Assembly: GCA_964187785.1 (NCBI GenBank)
Contig: OZ076413.1
Span: 49,168,001-49,232,000 of the forward strand
DNA: 64,000 nt
From: Amphiscolops sp. MND2022
Lineage: Eukaryota
Direction: 5' to 3'
The position numbers and the translations under genes are program-made. Below are positions 61,697 to 64,000 of the stretch, piece by piece. The notes below the pieces were generated by a model that saw only the letters and a list, made by a program, of their open reading frames with translations, did no database searches and was not told the origin of the DNA. Each line of letters begins with the position of its first letter. Within the stretch, counting starts at the first letter, position 1.

Positions 61697-63007
61697 ATGG
61701 ATCTATCAAACTTTATAACATATGATAAAAAAGAATCTCTTTTGTTGAGTATTGCAAAATCTAATCAAGAAATTGTTGAAAATACTCATTCTAAACCACA
61801 AGAAACTCTAGAATTTAAAATGACTAAACAAAAAGAATCTTTCTCATTCGATGTTCCTCTCATTTTAAATGAAAAATGGATGATGGGAGTAACAAGTTTA
61901 GAAGTATACAACACTGTATATAACATTACTGAAAAGAATAACAAACTACAAATTATTCTGAATGATCAACAACTCAAAGAACTTAAACTTGATAGTGGAT
62001 TAATACTGTTTGTTGAAGATTTATACGTTACTTATTTTGGTAAACCTTACACACTTAGTGAGTATAATGAATTTGTAGAAAAGGCCAATAAACTTATAAC
62101 CAATAGTTATTCTATAAAGAATAAACTTACTAGAATAGATTTTGATTATTTAACAAAGATAGTCAAATCACTCAATGAAATATACAACAATCGCCTCAAC
62201 CAGGAAACAATAAACCAAGAAAAATTAAAACAAGAGCGAAGCCTCGCAAAACTAAATCGAGAAAGAATAATTAAAGAATACAAAGATCACCTAAAACAGG
62301 TAAAAATAAATTGGGAACAAATAAAGTGGGAGGAAATAATTTTGGAGGATGCGACAGCTAACGCAGCTTCGCAAACAACCCAAGAAAATCACGAAGATGA
62401 CGAAGATGGCGAAGTAAACCGCGTATCTTCGCAAGTAAACCAAACAAACCAAATAAATCAAATAAATTTACCCCCTTTTGACATTGTTGAAAACGATTTC
62501 TTTGAAATTTATCTAACACCAGGAGTTTATGAACTAGTTGATATAAATAATGCTATTAAACAAAAAATTAATGAAAGTGATTATGATTTCAAATTTGATT
62601 TAATACCTGACACAATATCAATGAAATCAGTTTTAACAACCTCAAACAATATTCAATTTAACTCCAAACTTAACACAGTCTTGGGCTTTACACACACAGT
62701 GTACCCACCCGGAACTCACACTTCAGAAAAACCAGTCATGATAACAACCACCGACAAAGTTCATCTGAAGTGCGACTGCGTAGATGGTTCAATTGTTAAT
62801 GGTATACGAGAGCAAATTTTATTTTCTTTCAATTTAAGCGCACCTCCCGGATATAAAATTATAAAAGAACCCACAACTGTTTTGTACAAATCAATTAACA
62901 AAACACGACTGGACACCATCCAATTTTTCCTTGAGGACTCTAACCACAATCCAGTTGATTTCAACGGGGAGACACTCACCTTCACAATTGAAATTATCAA
63001 AATTTAA
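61697..63007 (+). CDS. Minor capsid (penton-like) protein, 436 aa
   Basis: WMMGVTSLEVYNTVYNITEKNN, PGVYELVDINNAI, VHLKCDCVDGSIVNG.REQILFSF..PPGYKIIKEP and VDFNGETLTF resemble Polinton/adintovirus penton motifs. Confidence 0.75.
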   Translation: MDLSNFITYDKKESLLLSIAKSNQEIVENTHSKPQETLEFKMTKQKESFSFDVPLILNEKWMMGVTSLEVYNTVYNITEKNNKLQIILNDQQLKELKLDSGLILFVEDLYVTYFGKPYTLSEYNEFVEKANKLITNSYSIKNKLTRIDFDYLTKIVKSLNEIYNNRLNQETINQEKLKQERSLAKLNRERIIKEYKDHLKQVKINWEQIKWEEIILEDATANAASQTTQENHEDDEDGEVNRVSSQVNQTNQINQINLPPFDIVENDFFEIYLTPGVYELVDINNAIKQKINESDYDFKFDLIPDTISMKSVLTTSNNIQFNSKLNTVLGFTHTVYPPGTHTSEKPVMITTTDKVHLKCDCVDGSIVNGIREQILFSFNLSAPPGYKIIKEPTTVLYKSINKTRLDTIQFFLEDSNHNPVDFNGETLTFTIEIIKI

Positions 63008-63025
63008 TACTTTTAATAATAATAA

Positions 63026-63502
63026 ATGAGTTATAATAAATTTATAAATAATTCATATTGTGTTGGTGGAAAACATTATTCCCCCACCACAAATATTTAT
63101 GGAGATATTACAAACACTGGGATGCAGATGGGCAGGCCCGTAAAAATATTACGTGGCAACTGCGTAGTGTGTAACAGAAATAAGAGTCTAATTGTATCTG
63201 ACCGAACAGTAGATGCGGAAGGATTGGGAGACTTTTTCAAACATTTAGGTTCTGCAGCCAAAAATGTTGGAAAGAAAATACTCAATAACCCAGCAAGAGC
63301 TCTAGAAATAGCAGCAAATATTGGAACTGCAGCAGCAAGTAAAAATCCACGATTAATTGCCGCAACTGCCCCCGATGTTATTAAATTTGTTCATCAAGGG
63401 AAGGGCCTATACAAAGCTGAAGGTTTGTCGGGCAAAGCAGGCAAAGCAGCAGGCAAAGCAAGAACTAATGGTAAAGGCCTGTATCTGGGGAAAATCCACT
63501 AG
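63026..63502 (+). CDS. Putative virion core/membrane-lytic protein with N-terminal Zn-ribbon-like motif
   Basis: YCVGGKH...GNCVVC; amphipathic EGLGDFFKHLG..AKNVGKKIL; GKGLY twice. Confidence 0.6.
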   Translation: MSYNKFINNSYCVGGKHYSPTTNIYGDITNTGMQMGRPVKILRGNCVVCNRNKSLIVSDRTVDAEGLGDFFKHLGSAAKNVGKKILNNPARALEIAANIGTAAASKNPRLIAATAPDVIKFVHQGKGLYKAEGLSGKAGKAAGKARTNGKGLYLGKIH

Positions 63503-63528
63503 TTATATGCATTAATTATACTTAATAA

Positions 63529-64000
63529 ATGTATTCAATTCACACCCGAGATGACTTGGAAAAATTAAAAAAATTACAAGAAACAAAATCTTTAGTACGC
63601 AAAGAAAAATTAAAAGAGAAACTAGGGAAACAAGACTTTCATTATGACCTTGAAGAAGTTTTTGAACCTGTTACTACAAAGCAGGTGGAATCAAATGAAA
63701 AACAACTACAAGCCATTGAAAATCAGACAAGAGCAATAGAACACAATAATAATACTCTTCGCGAAGCCCTGCAAAATTCTATTAAAGAAGGAATAAAACA
63801 ATATAATGAAATTACGAATCGTAATAATCAGCTTCTTACGAGTCTTGTTACTTCCAATCAAGTTGATTCTAGTATTGTAAAAACAGTTTCTAATTTACTT
63901 AATGACCAAGACAAAAGTCAATTTAGTTTAGAACCAATTACACAGAGCTTCGCGATAGCTAACGCACAAAATAACCCTAATTTATTCACAATTAATCCCC
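63529..64000 (+). CDS. Viral hypothetical coiled-coil protein, 3'-truncated by the window (absent from the ORF track)
   Basis: MYSIHTRDDLEKLKKLQETK...KLGKQDFHYDLEEVFEPVT... open to base 64000; TAATAAATG start. Confidence 0.8.
   Translation, partial: MYSIHTRDDLEKLKKLQETKSLVRKEKLKEKLGKQDFHYDLEEVFEPVTTKQVESNEKQLQAIENQTRAIEHNNNTLREALQNSIKEGIKQYNEITNRNNQLLTSLVTSNQVDSSIVKTVSNLLNDQDKSQFSLEPITQSFAIANAQNNPNLFTINP

Larger units (their letters stand above)
60900..64000 (+). mobile_element. Endogenous Polinton/Maverick- or adintovirus-like virus, partial; continues past the window
   Basis: Five tightly packed, intronless, co-oriented AT-rich ORFs including an adenain-like protease and a penton-like protein. 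Confidence 0.85.

Overview
Repeat-rich animal (metazoan) genomic DNA with GT-AG introns, not prokaryotic; the species cannot be determined from this window. Left to right: a decayed Ty3/Gypsy retrotransposon (-) with an extra antisense ORF; a Tc1/mariner remnant; an intact single-exon TOM1-like VHS-GAT gene (-); a fully delimited Copia element (320-bp LTRs with atypical TA..AA ends, TATTC target-site duplication, internal 2317-bp tandem duplication, MITE insertion); a decayed CRE-like non-LTR element; a (TAGTA)n/(TACAC)n array and a 200-N gap; MITE and satellite clusters; the 5' half of a multi-exon CFAP221/PCDP1 gene (+) whose introns hold Helentron-type elements and a nested antisense Skp1-like gene. 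From about 60.9 kb to the window end lies an apparently intact Polinton/adintovirus-like viral gene cluster (adenain protease, penton-like protein, putative core protein). Every viral ORF starts at the same TAATAAATG motif, and three carry the same in-frame GC-rich mini-insert. All calls come from reading the sequence and recalling family motifs; no database searches were run.
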